NCBI GenBank assembly: GCA_963676105.1
Contig: OY781039.1
Span: 1,860,001 to 1,892,000, forward strand
Origin: Erysipelotrichaceae bacterium
Lineage (GTDB): Bacteria; Bacillota_I; Bacilli_A; Erysipelotrichales; Erysipelotrichaceae
Direction: 5' to 3'
Length of the DNA: 32,000 bases
The translations under genes and the position numbers were made by a program. Below are positions 16,065-24,543 of the stretch, in pieces. Positions within the stretch are counted from its first letter, which is position 1. Each line of letters begins with the position of its first letter. Under the pieces are notes generated by a model. It worked only from the letters and a program-made list of their open reading frames with translations. It was not told the origin of the DNA and made no database searches.

Positions 16065-17493
16065 ACTTAAATTTATAGTTTAATACCGGATGTCGTGCCG
16101 CTTGTGTATCATCCACACGTGTAACTGGTGTTTTAAATGGTGCATTTAGAAGCAAATCAGCATTTGAATAGGCTTCTTCTTTTAGTTTGATTAAAACATC
16201 AATAAAAGCATCCATTGTTTCCTTACTTTCAGTTTCAGTTGGTTCTATCATAAGCGCTTCGTGAACAATTAAAGGGAAGTACATGGTAGGTGGATGCATT
16301 TCATAATCTAAGAGAGCTTTACAGAAATCTTTCGCACTGACACCTGTTTCCTTTTTAATATCTTCAAGTGATAAGACGAATTCATGCATACATGTTTGAG
16401 GATAAGCTACTTTAAAGTGTTTTTCTAAGTTCTTCATCATGTAGTTAGCATTAAGTACAGCGATTTCGCTTGCTTCTTTTAGTCCATCAGCACCTAAGGA
16501 TTTAATATAAGCATAAGCCCTAACATTGACTAAGAAATTTCCATAGAAAGAACGTAAACGGCCAATACTTAAATCGCTTTCTTCGACAAAGCTTAAATCA
16601 TCTTTTAAAGTACCCACAGGCAAGAAAGGCTTCAAGATGTCTTTGCATCCCACAGGACCACTACCAGGTCCACCACCACCATGAGGGGTAGAGAATGTTT
16701 TATGTAGATTCAAATGAAGAACATCAAAGCCCATATCACCTGGACGAGCTGTTCCCATAATCGCATTTAAGTTAGCACCATCATAATATAGAAGACCACC
16801 TACTTCATGAACGAGTTTTGAAATCTCTAAGATATTTGGATCAAATAAACCCAAAGTATTTGGATTGGTCAACATAAGCGCGGCAACTTCATCATCTAGA
16901 ACGGCTTTTAGCGCATCAAGATCAACACCACCCATTTCATTAGATTTTACAGATACAACACTGTAACCAGCCATATTGGCTGAAGCTGGATTAGTTCCAT
17001 GGGCTGAATCTGGGACAATCACTTTATGACGTTTAGAATCATTTCGTGACGCATGATAAGCTTCAATCATAAGTAAACCTGTAAATTCACCTTGAGCACC
17101 GGCTGCAGGTTGAAGTGTAAAGGCGTCCATGCCTGTGATTGCTTGAAGTGATTTATCTAAGTTTCTCATTAACTCACGTGCACCTTGTGTCGCATGGGCA
17201 GGTGCGAGTGGATGAATATTCGCAAAACCATCTAAAGAAGCTATCATTTCATTGAGCTTAGGATTGTATTTCATTGTACAACTACCTAATGGATAGAATC
17301 CATTATCTACCCCAAATGATTGTCGAGATAATTCCATGTAGTGTCGAACTAAATCAACTTCACCTACTTCAGCTAAACGAGGTTTGACTTGGCGGAGATA
17401 TTTTGAATCTAAGCTAATTTTTTTTACACGACTAGAATCAAAGGTAACACAACGTCTTCCTTTAACACTGCGTTCAAATATTAATTGACTCAT
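16063..17493 (-). CDS. gcvPB: Glycine dehydrogenase (aminomethyl-transferring) subunit 2
   Basis: Characteristic P-protein C-terminal subunit with the PLP-lysine region LNLHKTFSTPHGGGGPG. ATGA overlap with gcvPA. Confidence 0.92.
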   Translation of the reverse strand: MSQLIFERSVKGRRCVTFDSSRVKKISLDSKYLRQVKPRLAEVGEVDLVRHYMELSRQSFGVDNGFYPLGSCTMKYNPKLNEMIASLDGFANIHPLAPAHATQGARELMRNLDKSLQAITGMDAFTLQPAAGAQGEFTGLLMIEAYHASRNDSKRHKVIVPDSAHGTNPASANMAGYSVVSVKSNEMGGVDLDALKAVLDDEVAALMLTNPNTLGLFDPNILEISKLVHEVGGLLYYDGANLNAIMGTARPGDMGFDVLHLNLHKTFSTPHGGGGPGSGPVGCKDILKPFLPVGTLKDDLSFVEESDLSIGRLRSFYGNFLVNVRAYAYIKSLGADGLKEASEIAVLNANYMMKNLEKHFKVAYPQTCMHEFVLSLEDIKKETGVSAKDFCKALLDYEMHPPTMYFPLIVHEALMIEPTETESKETMDAFIDVLIKLKEEAYSNADLLLNAPFKTPVTRVDDTQAARHPVLNYKFK

Positions 17494-18809
17494 AAGACCT
17501 CCTTCAATGTGCTAATCACTTCATCACATTGTTCTTTGCTTATGGCTTCCGTAACACACCAGAGAATTTCTTTTTCATTTAGATTAAGACCTGATAAAAT
17601 ACCGGCTTTGTCTAAATGATTTTCGATTTCTTGCGAACTTAGTTTTGGATGTGTTGTCACAAACTCGTGAAAAAACTCATTTTGATGAACTTTTTCAAAG
17701 CCTAGTGTTTCAAGTTCACTTAAAAGATAGTGAGACATGTCTAAAGAATTTTGCGCAACTTCGGCTAAACCATTTGGTCCAACAGCTGATAAATACATGG
17801 CTGCAATAAGTGCCATTAATGCTTGATTTGAACACAAAGAACTTGAAGCTTTTTCACGACGAATATGTTGTTCACGCGCTTGAAGGGTTAAAGCATATGC
17901 GCGTCGACCTTCAGTATCAACCGTTTCACCAACAATGCGTCCTGGAATGCGACGTGTGAGCTCAGATGCGGCAGCCATGAAACCAAGATAAGGACCTCCG
18001 TAAGATAAAGGAATACCTAAAACTTGTGCTTCACCAACTGCGATATCAGCACCTAAGGCGCGAGGACTTTTGAGTAAACCTAGTGTCATTGGATTGACAA
18101 TACTAATCACTTTCGAACCATTCGCATGGGCTAAGCGAGCAATTTCTTCTAAGTCTTCGATACATCCAAAGTAATTTGGATTTTGTACAAGTACACCCGC
18201 AACATTTTCATTAAGTTTTTCTTTTAAATCAGATTCATCAATTAAACCATCTTTTGTTTTTACTTCAATCAGTTCAATATCTGATTGAAATTGAGTATAG
18301 GTTTGTATGGTTAATAAGTAGTGTGGGTTGATGTTTGATGGAATTAAAACTTGATGACGTTTGCGTTCAATCACCATTCCAATTGCTTCAGCACAGGCTG
18401 ATGCACCATCATAGATAGATGCGTTAGATACATCCATCCCAGTTAATTCACAAATGGATGTTTGGTATTCAAAAATTGATTGAAGAATCCCTTGTGAAAA
18501 CTCTGATTGATAAGGGGTATAAGCACTGACAAATTCTTCTCGACGTCCCATGTGTTTAACAACACTTGGAATTAGATGTAGTTCAGCACCTGCTCCTCTT
18601 AAAATTGTTTTATAGATTTTATTTTGAGCCGCTAAAGCTTTCAGATCTTCAAGAACTTTAAACTCACTGACACTTTGATCTAGTTGTAAATCTTCTTTTA
18701 ATATTAAACTTTTGGGTAGATCAGCATAGAGTTGATCAATTGATTGGATACCAATCGTCTCCATCATCTCTTTAAGTTCTAAGTCTGTATGTAAAGTATA
18801 CTTAGGCAT
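17490..18809 (-). CDS. gcvPA: Glycine dehydrogenase (aminomethyl-transferring) subunit 1
   Basis: Typical P-protein N-terminal subunit (YTPYQSEFSQG..., GGPYLGF) in operon context. Confidence 0.92.
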   Translation of the reverse strand: MPKYTLHTDLELKEMMETIGIQSIDQLYADLPKSLILKEDLQLDQSVSEFKVLEDLKALAAQNKIYKTILRGAGAELHLIPSVVKHMGRREEFVSAYTPYQSEFSQGILQSIFEYQTSICELTGMDVSNASIYDGASACAEAIGMVIERKRHQVLIPSNINPHYLLTIQTYTQFQSDIELIEVKTKDGLIDESDLKEKLNENVAGVLVQNPNYFGCIEDLEEIARLAHANGSKVISIVNPMTLGLLKSPRALGADIAVGEAQVLGIPLSYGGPYLGFMAAASELTRRIPGRIVGETVDTEGRRAYALTLQAREQHIRREKASSSLCSNQALMALIAAMYLSAVGPNGLAEVAQNSLDMSHYLLSELETLGFEKVHQNEFFHEFVTTHPKLSSQEIENHLDKAGILSGLNLNEKEILWCVTEAISKEQCDEVISTLKEVL

Positions 18810-18810
18810 A

Positions 18811-19170
18811 TCAGTCTTGCGCAGATTCTAAGTAAGCAGCTTCATCCATGAGTTTGGATGAATCTAAGCTTCCTTTAACTTTCATAATCCAAGTGTTATT
18901 CGCATCTTGATTGAGTTTTTCTGGTTCGTCTTCTAAAGCAGTATTGACTTCAACAACCTCACCACTTAGTGGTGAGAAGAGTTCTGAAACAGCTTTGACA
19001 GACTCGACATCGCCAAAAGTTTCACCAAGTTCAACAGTTGATCCAACCTCAGGAAGAGAGATATACACGATATCACCGAGTGCATGTTGTGCGTGATCTG
19101 AAATACCTACTTCAACTAATCCTTCGTTTTCTTGTGCCCATTCGTGGGTTTCATTGTAATATTTTGTCAT
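18811..19170 (-). CDS. gcvH: Glycine cleavage system H protein
   Basis: 119 aa with the lipoyl-lysine motif VESVKAVSELFSP. Confidence 0.92.
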   Translation of the reverse strand: MTKYYNETHEWAQENEGLVEVGISDHAQHALGDIVYISLPEVGSTVELGETFGDVESVKAVSELFSPLSGEVVEVNTALEDEPEKLNQDANNTWIMKVKGSLDSSKLMDEAAYLESAQD

Positions 19171-19185
19171 CTTTATGTTCTCCTT

Positions 19186-20253
19186 TTATTTTTTATAGAA
19201 CGGAAGTTTCACTTTTTGAGCTTTTAACTTTCGATTTCTAACTTCAATTTCAAATTCACTTTCTTTAAATACTGATGCATCTATATAGGCTAAGGCTATC
19301 GCTTTGCCTAAAGTGGGAGAATGCGTTCCTGATGTGATAGTACCCACTTCGATATCGTTATGGAAAATTTTATATCCTTCTCGCGCAATGCCTCGATCAA
19401 TAAGTTCTAAACCTATTCGCCTATGTTTAATGTCTTTTTCTAAAGCATCTTGCGCAATAAAGTTTTCTTTGTCTAATTTCACAAAACGTTTAAGCCCGGC
19501 TTCAAGTGGTGTAATACTTTCGCTAAGTTCATGACCGTATAAAGGCATAGCTGCTTCTAGTCGAAGTGTATCACGTGCACCTAAACCGCATGGTTCAACA
19601 CCTTCTTCTTGTCCAGTTTCTAAGAGTAATTCCCAAAGTTTTACGGTATCATTCGTGTCACAATAGAATTCAAAACCATCTTCACCCGTATAACCTGTAC
19701 GTGAGATATGCGTTTTAATTCCCTTAATATCAACATTTTGTATAAATGTATAATACTCACCTGGGATTTGATCGGTTAGTTTTTCGAGTACTTTTTCAGA
19801 CAATGGACCTTGTAAAGCAATTTGTCCAATTTCTTCTGATAAGTTTTCTAAACTCACATCACCAAAGATTCTTTCTTTTAAATAAGCATAGTCTTTATCA
19901 CTATTTGAGGCATTGACTACGATAATGTATTCAAAATCTGCAATACGATAGACTAATACATCATCAACAGCACAGCCATTCTCATAAACAAGGACACCAT
20001 AACGAACTTTACCGATTTCTAAATCACTGAAGTCATTTGTGATAAAGGTATTTAGATTCCTGATTGAATCTTCACCTTTTAAATACAATTCTCCCATGTG
20101 GGATACATCAAAGAGCCCAGCTTTTTCACGAACAACACTATGTTCATGAATAATACCGTTTTCATACTGGATGGGCATAAAGAATCCTGCAAAAGAAACC
20201 ATTTTCCCACCGTGTGTTTCATGCCATTTGGCAAGAGGGGTAAGCTTTTCCAT
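19186..20253 (-). CDS. gcvT: Glycine cleavage system aminomethyltransferase T
   Basis: MEKLTPLAKWHETHGGKMVSFAGFFMPIQY... is a canonical GcvT N-terminus. ATG 20253 is preceded by AAGGAG. The 73 upstream codons in the ORF track are riboswitch RNA. Confidence 0.9.
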   Translation of the reverse strand: MEKLTPLAKWHETHGGKMVSFAGFFMPIQYENGIIHEHSVVREKAGLFDVSHMGELYLKGEDSIRNLNTFITNDFSDLEIGKVRYGVLVYENGCAVDDVLVYRIADFEYIIVVNASNSDKDYAYLKERIFGDVSLENLSEEIGQIALQGPLSEKVLEKLTDQIPGEYYTFIQNVDIKGIKTHISRTGYTGEDGFEFYCDTNDTVKLWELLLETGQEEGVEPCGLGARDTLRLEAAMPLYGHELSESITPLEAGLKRFVKLDKENFIAQDALEKDIKHRRIGLELIDRGIAREGYKIFHNDIEVGTITSGTHSPTLGKAIALAYIDASVFKESEFEIEVRNRKLKAQKVKLPFYKK

Positions 20254-20261
20254 AAGTTCTC

Positions 20262-20446
20262 CTTTCAAAATAAAAAGCGCTTCAAAAAATTGATGCGCCT
20301 TCGTCTTTTTACCTGAAAGATTCTCTTTCGATTGCTTCTTCGGTGGATTGACTCTCTCTACGAACTTTGTCCAAAACCGGTCCTTTTGCCTGAGCGTTAA
20401 CTGCGCGTCTGCGCCTTCGGCGTCCGATGGATCTCTCCCGGTTTCT
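20262..20446 (-). promoter_or_regulatory. Tandem glycine riboswitch (two aptamers plus terminator expression platform)
   Basis: The minus strand reads AACCGGGAGAG...GCCGAAGGCGCA...CTCAGGCAAAAGGACCGGTT (aptamer 1). It continues TTCGTAGAGAGAG...CACCGAAGAAGCAA...CTTTCAGGTAAAAAGACGAA (aptamer 2). Next comes AAGGCGC...GCGCUUU plus a U-run, whose 5' arm overlaps the aptamer-2 P1 3' strand, consistent with an ON switch. Confidence 0.85.
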
Positions 20447-20463
20447 TGATTCTTATTGAACAC

Positions 20464-20469
20464 ATTATA
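20464..20469 (-). promoter_or_regulatory. -10 box TATAAT upstream of the glycine riboswitch
   Basis: Minus-strand TATAAT about 20 nt before the aptamer-1 P1. No convincing -35. Confidence 0.35.
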
Positions 20470-20533
20470 CATAAAAAAGACATAAATAATAGATAAAGCT
20501 GCATAAAAGTTTTGTGAAATGAAAGTAAAAGCG

Positions 20534-20562
20534 TATACATTTTAAATAACATGTGTTATATT
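20534..20562 (+). promoter_or_regulatory. Promoter TATACA-17-TGtTATATT, 7 nt before the glutaredoxin-like ATG (leaderless candidate)
   Basis: -35-like TATACA at 20534-20539 and extended -10 TGTTATATT at 20554-20562. The spacer TCTTCGC before ATG 20570 has no SD. Confidence 0.45.
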
Positions 20563-20569
20563 TCTTCGC

Positions 20570-20854
20570 ATGAATGAAATTGAGTTAAAACTCTTCATCC
20601 TAGAGATGTGTCCTTACTGTATTAAGGTCAATAAGTATTTAGATGAGTTGTTAGTCGAAGAACAATATCAAAACATCAATATAAAAAAGATTGATGAGCG
20701 AATTGAAAGAGACTTAGCGAATGCACATGATTACTATCTAGTCCCAACATTTTATTATGGAGATGAGAAGCTGTTAGAGGGTCGTATGGGAAAAGAAGAT
20801 GTTCGTCGCGTATTAGATTTAGCTATCGAAAAACACCAAAACAAACAAAGCTAG
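20570..20854 (+). CDS. Glutaredoxin-like / thioredoxin-fold protein (CPYC active site)
   Basis: 94 aa with the redox motif CPYC near the N-terminus and VPTFYYG (cis-Pro loop region). Confidence 0.75.
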   Translation: MNEIELKLFILEMCPYCIKVNKYLDELLVEEQYQNINIKKIDERIERDLANAHDYYLVPTFYYGDEKLLEGRMGKEDVRRVLDLAIEKHQNKQS

Positions 20855-20876
20855 TTCAGAGTGAGCTAGCTTTTAA
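20848..20876. terminator. Hairpin shared by the convergent glutaredoxin-like and kinase-family genes
   Basis: AAGCTAGTTCA / TGAGCTAGCTT stem (one G-U pair), loop GAG, with short T-rich flanks on both strands. Confidence 0.55.
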
Positions 20877-21523
20877 AATAAGACAATATAATAAAGTAAT
20901 GAAGATAAGACTGGAATAAATAGATTATCTAAACCATAAGGAGATATGGCTTCGGTAAGTGTTGCGAGTGTCGCAATCGCAAGAACAACATTTAATGATT
21001 CTATGCCATTTAAGATAGTTAGATAAAGATAGAGTACAGCGAATGTAGAAACAAACATTGCGAATGTTCCTTCAAGACTTTTTGATCCTTTAAAGATAGT
21101 GTAATGATGCTTCCCAAAATGCATTCCGATTAATGAAGCAAGTCCATCACCATAACCTAGTGTTAGAATCCCTACACCGGCAATGATTTGAGTACTAGCT
21201 GAATCAAAGGTTAAGAATATCAGTAAAATCATGCTTAAGTAAGTATAGAGAAATCCATAGCGAGAACTCTCTGATGCGCTAAAGATTTTTGGTAATAAGA
21301 CTGTATTGTTGTTAATTTGATGAAATAAATAAAGAAGAATGGGAATACTTAAGGCAATCAGTTTATCTGTAATAAAATACTGCATGATTAGATACCAATT
21401 TGCACTCATAATATGAACGAAAATACGGGGGTATTCCACGTGTTTTGTTTTAAGATTTAAGGCAATAAAAAAGATTAAACTAAAATATAATATTGAAGCC
21501 AAAAGGCCGATATAGATGTTCAC
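20873..21523 (-). CDS. Diacylglycerol/polyprenol (dolichol/phytol) kinase family membrane protein (CdsA-like CTP-transferase superfamily)
   Basis: Multi-TM protein with GYGDGLASLIGMHFGKHHY. GTG start at 21523 with AAAGGAG 8 nt upstream. Confidence 0.7.
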   Translation of the reverse strand: MNIYIGLLASILYFSLIFFIALNLKTKHVEYPRIFVHIMSANWYLIMQYFITDKLIALSIPILLYLFHQINNNTVLLPKIFSASESSRYGFLYTYLSMILLIFLTFDSASTQIIAGVGILTLGYGDGLASLIGMHFGKHHYTIFKGSKSLEGTFAMFVSTFAVLYLYLTILNGIESLNVVLAIATLATLTEAISPYGLDNLFIPVLSSLLYYIVLF

Positions 21524-21556
21524 AAAAAAGACTCCTTTGAATAAGCGTGCGCACTC

Positions 21557-21585
21557 ATTATACTAATGCACACAATAGTGGTCAA
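21557..21585 (-). promoter_or_regulatory. Sigma-A promoter TTGACC-17-TATAAT for the kinase-family gene
   Basis: Minus-strand TTGACC (21585-21580), exact 17-nt spacer, TATAAT (21562-21557). The -35 contains the TGA stop of the upstream rlmA-like gene. Confidence 0.6.
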
Positions 21586-22373
21586 GGGAGTCTTTGAAAT
21601 ATACTAATTACAACATTTATAGTCACATCACAGTCATCAAGATTTAAGAATGAATCAACTTTATCTTTTGGTGATGTGTAGTAATAGGGGGTCATTTCTA
21701 AAAGTTGGTTTTTACTGCTTTTATCTAAATGGATCCGTTGAGATATGCGTTGAGATTCGACCATTCTTAATTTTGGATGATAGAGTCGCTTTTCTTCATT
21801 TAAAATGACATTGTCATATAAGTTTGCTTTAAGTTCATATAGATGATGTGATCCCGCTTGTACAATAAAGAAATAACCATAGGGTTTTAAAACACGAACA
21901 ATCTCATCAATATAAAAAGGTGTAAATAAAGCTGTCACTATATCAACTCTGTTATCTATAAAGGGCAAGTCTTTACTATTACCAATGATGTATTGAACAT
22001 TTGAATGACTTTTAGAGGCAAAATGAATGGCTTCCTTAGATAAGTCTAAACCATAAACTTGAGCTTGTGGAAACGTGTGAGAAATATAGTCAGTATAATA
22101 ACCCTCTCCACAACCTAAGTCTAATAAAGAATTAAAAGGATATTCGCTTAAGGATTGGATAAGAGTTTCTTTGATGATTTTATAGTGATCATTTTGATGA
22201 AAGTGATGGCGTGCTTCGATTTGAAGTTTATTATCACCACGAGTTTTATGACTGTGTGTCTTGCTTAAATAAACAGATCCATTTTTAGAGATATCAAAAC
22301 TATGATGACTATCGCAAATAAATTGATGATCATTTTGTGTTAAAGTTTTATGGCATACAGGGCATCTTAACAT
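21582..22373 (-). CDS. rlmA: 23S rRNA (guanine-N1)-methyltransferase RlmA-like SAM-dependent methyltransferase
   Basis: N-terminal Zn-ribbon CPVC...CDSHH, then the SAM motif LDLGCGEGYY. The size and layout match the RlmA/RrmA family. Confidence 0.7.
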   Translation of the reverse strand: MLRCPVCHKTLTQNDHQFICDSHHSFDISKNGSVYLSKTHSHKTRGDNKLQIEARHHFHQNDHYKIIKETLIQSLSEYPFNSLLDLGCGEGYYTDYISHTFPQAQVYGLDLSKEAIHFASKSHSNVQYIIGNSKDLPFIDNRVDIVTALFTPFYIDEIVRVLKPYGYFFIVQAGSHHLYELKANLYDNVILNEEKRLYHPKLRMVESQRISQRIHLDKSSKNQLLEMTPYYYTSPKDKVDSFLNLDDCDVTINVVISIFQRLP

Positions 22374-22379
22374 GCGCTC

Positions 22380-22388
22380 ATTGTATCA
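22380..22388 (-). promoter_or_regulatory. Extended -10 TGaTACAAT placed 6 nt before the rlmA-like ATG (leaderless candidate)
   Basis: The minus strand reads TGATACAAT-GAGCGC-ATG, with no SD. Confidence 0.4.
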
Positions 22389-22391
22389 CGG

Positions 22392-22420
22392 ATGACAAAC
22401 ATCATTGACTACTTTATACT
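22392..22420 (+). promoter_or_regulatory. Promoter ATGACA-17-TATACT for xth
   Basis: Hexamers at 22392-22397 and 22415-22420. SD GAGGTG at 22428-22433 and ATG at 22439. Confidence 0.5.
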
Positions 22421-22438
22421 AATAATCGAGGTGAATTT

Positions 22439-23188
22439 ATGCGTTTTGTATCATGGAATGTTAATGGCTTAAGAGCTATTTATAAAAAGGATTTTCCACA
22501 AATATTTGCGGATTTTGATGCTGATTTCTTCTGTCTTCAAGAAACAAAGATGCAAGAAGGGCAGTTAGACTTTAGTCCTGAAGGTTATCATAAGTATTTT
22601 AATTATGCTGAAAAGAAAGGGTATTCTGGAACAGCTATCTATACCAAACATGAACCACTTTCTGTTAACTATGGTATTCAAGTTGAGGAACATGATCATG
22701 AAGGTCGTGTTGTAACCCTTGAATATAATGACTTTTATATTGTTTGTGTTTATACCCCAAACTCACAAGATAGTTTAAGACGTTTACCCTATCGTATGAC
22801 ATGGGAAGATGCGTTTAGAGCTTATCTTCAAAAACTAGATGAATCTAAACCAGTGATTATGTGTGGTGACTTAAATGTTGCTCATGAAGAGATTGATCTT
22901 AAAAATCCAGATACTAATCATAAGAATCCTGGTTTTTCAGATGAAGAAAGGGCACAGTTCACAAATCTTTTAGAAGCAGGATTTGTTGATACCTTTAGAC
23001 TTCTTTACCCTGAGAAGGAACAATATTCATGGTGGAGTTATCGAACTAAAGCACGTGAAAGAAATGTGGGTTGGCGGATTGATTACTTTGTCGTATCAGA
23101 TAGACTCGCAAAGGATGTTGATGAAGCACTCATTCATGATGATGTCTTTGGTTCAGATCACTGTCCTGTTAGTATTGAAATATTCTAA
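22439..23188 (+). CDS. xth: Exodeoxyribonuclease III (AP endonuclease, EEP family)
   Basis: Motifs SWNVNGLRA, CLQETK, GDLNVAH and C-terminal GSDHCPV. Confidence 0.9.
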   Translation: MRFVSWNVNGLRAIYKKDFPQIFADFDADFFCLQETKMQEGQLDFSPEGYHKYFNYAEKKGYSGTAIYTKHEPLSVNYGIQVEEHDHEGRVVTLEYNDFYIVCVYTPNSQDSLRRLPYRMTWEDAFRAYLQKLDESKPVIMCGDLNVAHEEIDLKNPDTNHKNPGFSDEERAQFTNLLEAGFVDTFRLLYPEKEQYSWWSYRTKARERNVGWRIDYFVVSDRLAKDVDEALIHDDVFGSDHCPVSIEIF

Positions 23189-23213
23189 AGACCATTATTG
23201 GTCTTTTTCTTTT
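23187..23213 (+). terminator. Rho-independent terminator after xth
   Basis: Stem AAGACCA / TGGTCTT, loop TTAT, then a T-run. Confidence 0.8.
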
Positions 23214-23222
23214 GAATAACGG

Positions 23223-23228
23223 TATACT
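23223..23228 (+). promoter_or_regulatory. -10-like TATACT placed 6 nt before the cca ATG (leaderless candidate)
   Basis: TATACT-TAAATT-ATG. There is an in-frame stop immediately upstream, no SD, and only a weak -35. Confidence 0.3.
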
Positions 23229-23234
23229 TAAATT

Positions 23235-24422
23235 ATGGAAGTCTTTGTCCCTAAAAATGCCTTGTATATTCTAAATAAAATATATGAAGCAAATTATGAA
23301 GCCTATATTGTGGGTGGTTTTGTGCGTGATGCACTCTTAAATAAGAATTCATATGACATTGATATTGCGACAAACGCAAGTCCTGATGAAATTGAAAAGG
23401 TATTTAAAGATCATAAACAATCAGAAGTTGGGAAAAGACATGGAACCATTGGGGTTCTACACAATGATGAATGGTTCGAAATAACGAGCTATAGAAGTGA
23501 TGTAGAATATTCTGACTATAGACGTCCTGATACTGTTCATTTTGTATCCTCTTTGAAAGAAGATTTAATACGACGTGATTTTACGATTAATGCCTTAGCT
23601 TTAGGTCGTGATGGGAAGATTATTGATTTGGTCAATGGTCAAAGTGATATCAAGGCAAAACTGATTCGAAGTGTCGGTGATTCACATAAACGATTTAACG
23701 AAGATGCCTTAAGAATGTTAAGAGCTTTAAGGTTTGCGGCGCAACTCAATTTCTCAATTGAAAAGAAAACAGCAGAAGCCATTCATCAGCATTTCCACTT
23801 AATGGTTCATATTGCGATTGAGCGCATTGCGATGGAGTTTGATAAGTTATTAAGATCAGATACCTGTGCATCTGTATGTATTGAATTTAAAGAAGCCATT
23901 GGCTTATTTTTTCCAGAAATACTTTATTTGAACGATGATGAAATAAAATTGATTGATCAGTGTAAAACAATTAATCAAAAGTATTTAATGTTATTTTCAA
24001 AATCAAGTACAGAACAAATTAAAGATCGATTAAAAAAACTTAGACAGTCTAATTTACTAATCCAAAATATCGTTGTGGAGCGTGAACTTTTTGATGAGAA
24101 GAAAAAAAGTGAATATGATTTAAGAAGACTTTGTCATAAAGCAGATATTAATCAAATTATAGACAGTCTTACCGTTGAATATCACTTAAATAAAAATGAT
24201 GAAGCCTTTGAACAAATTAAACGTTGCGAAGAAATTATTGATCAAGATATTTGTGTCAGTTTAAAACAATTAGATATAAAAGGGCATGATTTAATGGATT
24301 TGGGTCTTCGCGGAAAACAAATCAGTGATATGCTTGATTTGATTTTGGATGAGGTCATGCAAGATCGATTAAAAAACAAAAAAGAAAACATCTTAGCATT
24401 TGTCTTGGGTTTAAAACCTTGA
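23235..24422 (+). CDS. cca: CCA-adding tRNA nucleotidyltransferase (class II)
   Basis: Head-domain motifs GGFVRDALL...DIDIAT, RRDFTINA and the ED/RxxR region. Confidence 0.85.
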   Translation: MEVFVPKNALYILNKIYEANYEAYIVGGFVRDALLNKNSYDIDIATNASPDEIEKVFKDHKQSEVGKRHGTIGVLHNDEWFEITSYRSDVEYSDYRRPDTVHFVSSLKEDLIRRDFTINALALGRDGKIIDLVNGQSDIKAKLIRSVGDSHKRFNEDALRMLRALRFAAQLNFSIEKKTAEAIHQHFHLMVHIAIERIAMEFDKLLRSDTCASVCIEFKEAIGLFFPEILYLNDDEIKLIDQCKTINQKYLMLFSKSSTEQIKDRLKKLRQSNLLIQNIVVERELFDEKKKSEYDLRRLCHKADINQIIDSLTVEYHLNKNDEAFEQIKRCEEIIDQDICVSLKQLDIKGHDLMDLGLRGKQISDMLDLILDEVMQDRLKNKKENILAFVLGLKP

Positions 24423-24471
24423 CGAAAAAACAGCTGTTTTGTATGATATCTATATTTTAAGGAGGAAGCTT

Positions 24472-24543
24472 ATGAAAGAGGACGCGGACTGTTACCAGAG
24501 AAATTCAGTCCATTTAAAGAAATGGGAGATTAAGTATGCTTAA
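24472..24543 (+). CDS. Hypothetical 23-codon upstream ORF (MKEDADCYQRNSVHLKKWEIKYA)
   Basis: It has the strongest SD in this region (AAGGAGG, 6-nt spacer). Its stop overlaps the downstream ATG by 8 nt, and it contains the hairpin GGACTG-N14-CAGTCC. There is no homology evidence. Confidence 0.25.
   Translation: MKEDADCYQRNSVHLKKWEIKYA

Noticed and set aside
20254-20472. N-terminal 73 codons of the 428-aa ORF (19186..20472, minus) as part of GcvT
   Set aside because: This segment is the tandem glycine riboswitch plus terminator. A canonical GcvT N-terminus with an AAGGAG SD begins at ATG 20253.
24426-24441. AAAACAGCTGTTTT palindrome after cca as a terminator
   Set aside because: With a usable loop the stem would be only about 5 A-U-rich bp. 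It is too weak to call and is left unannotated.
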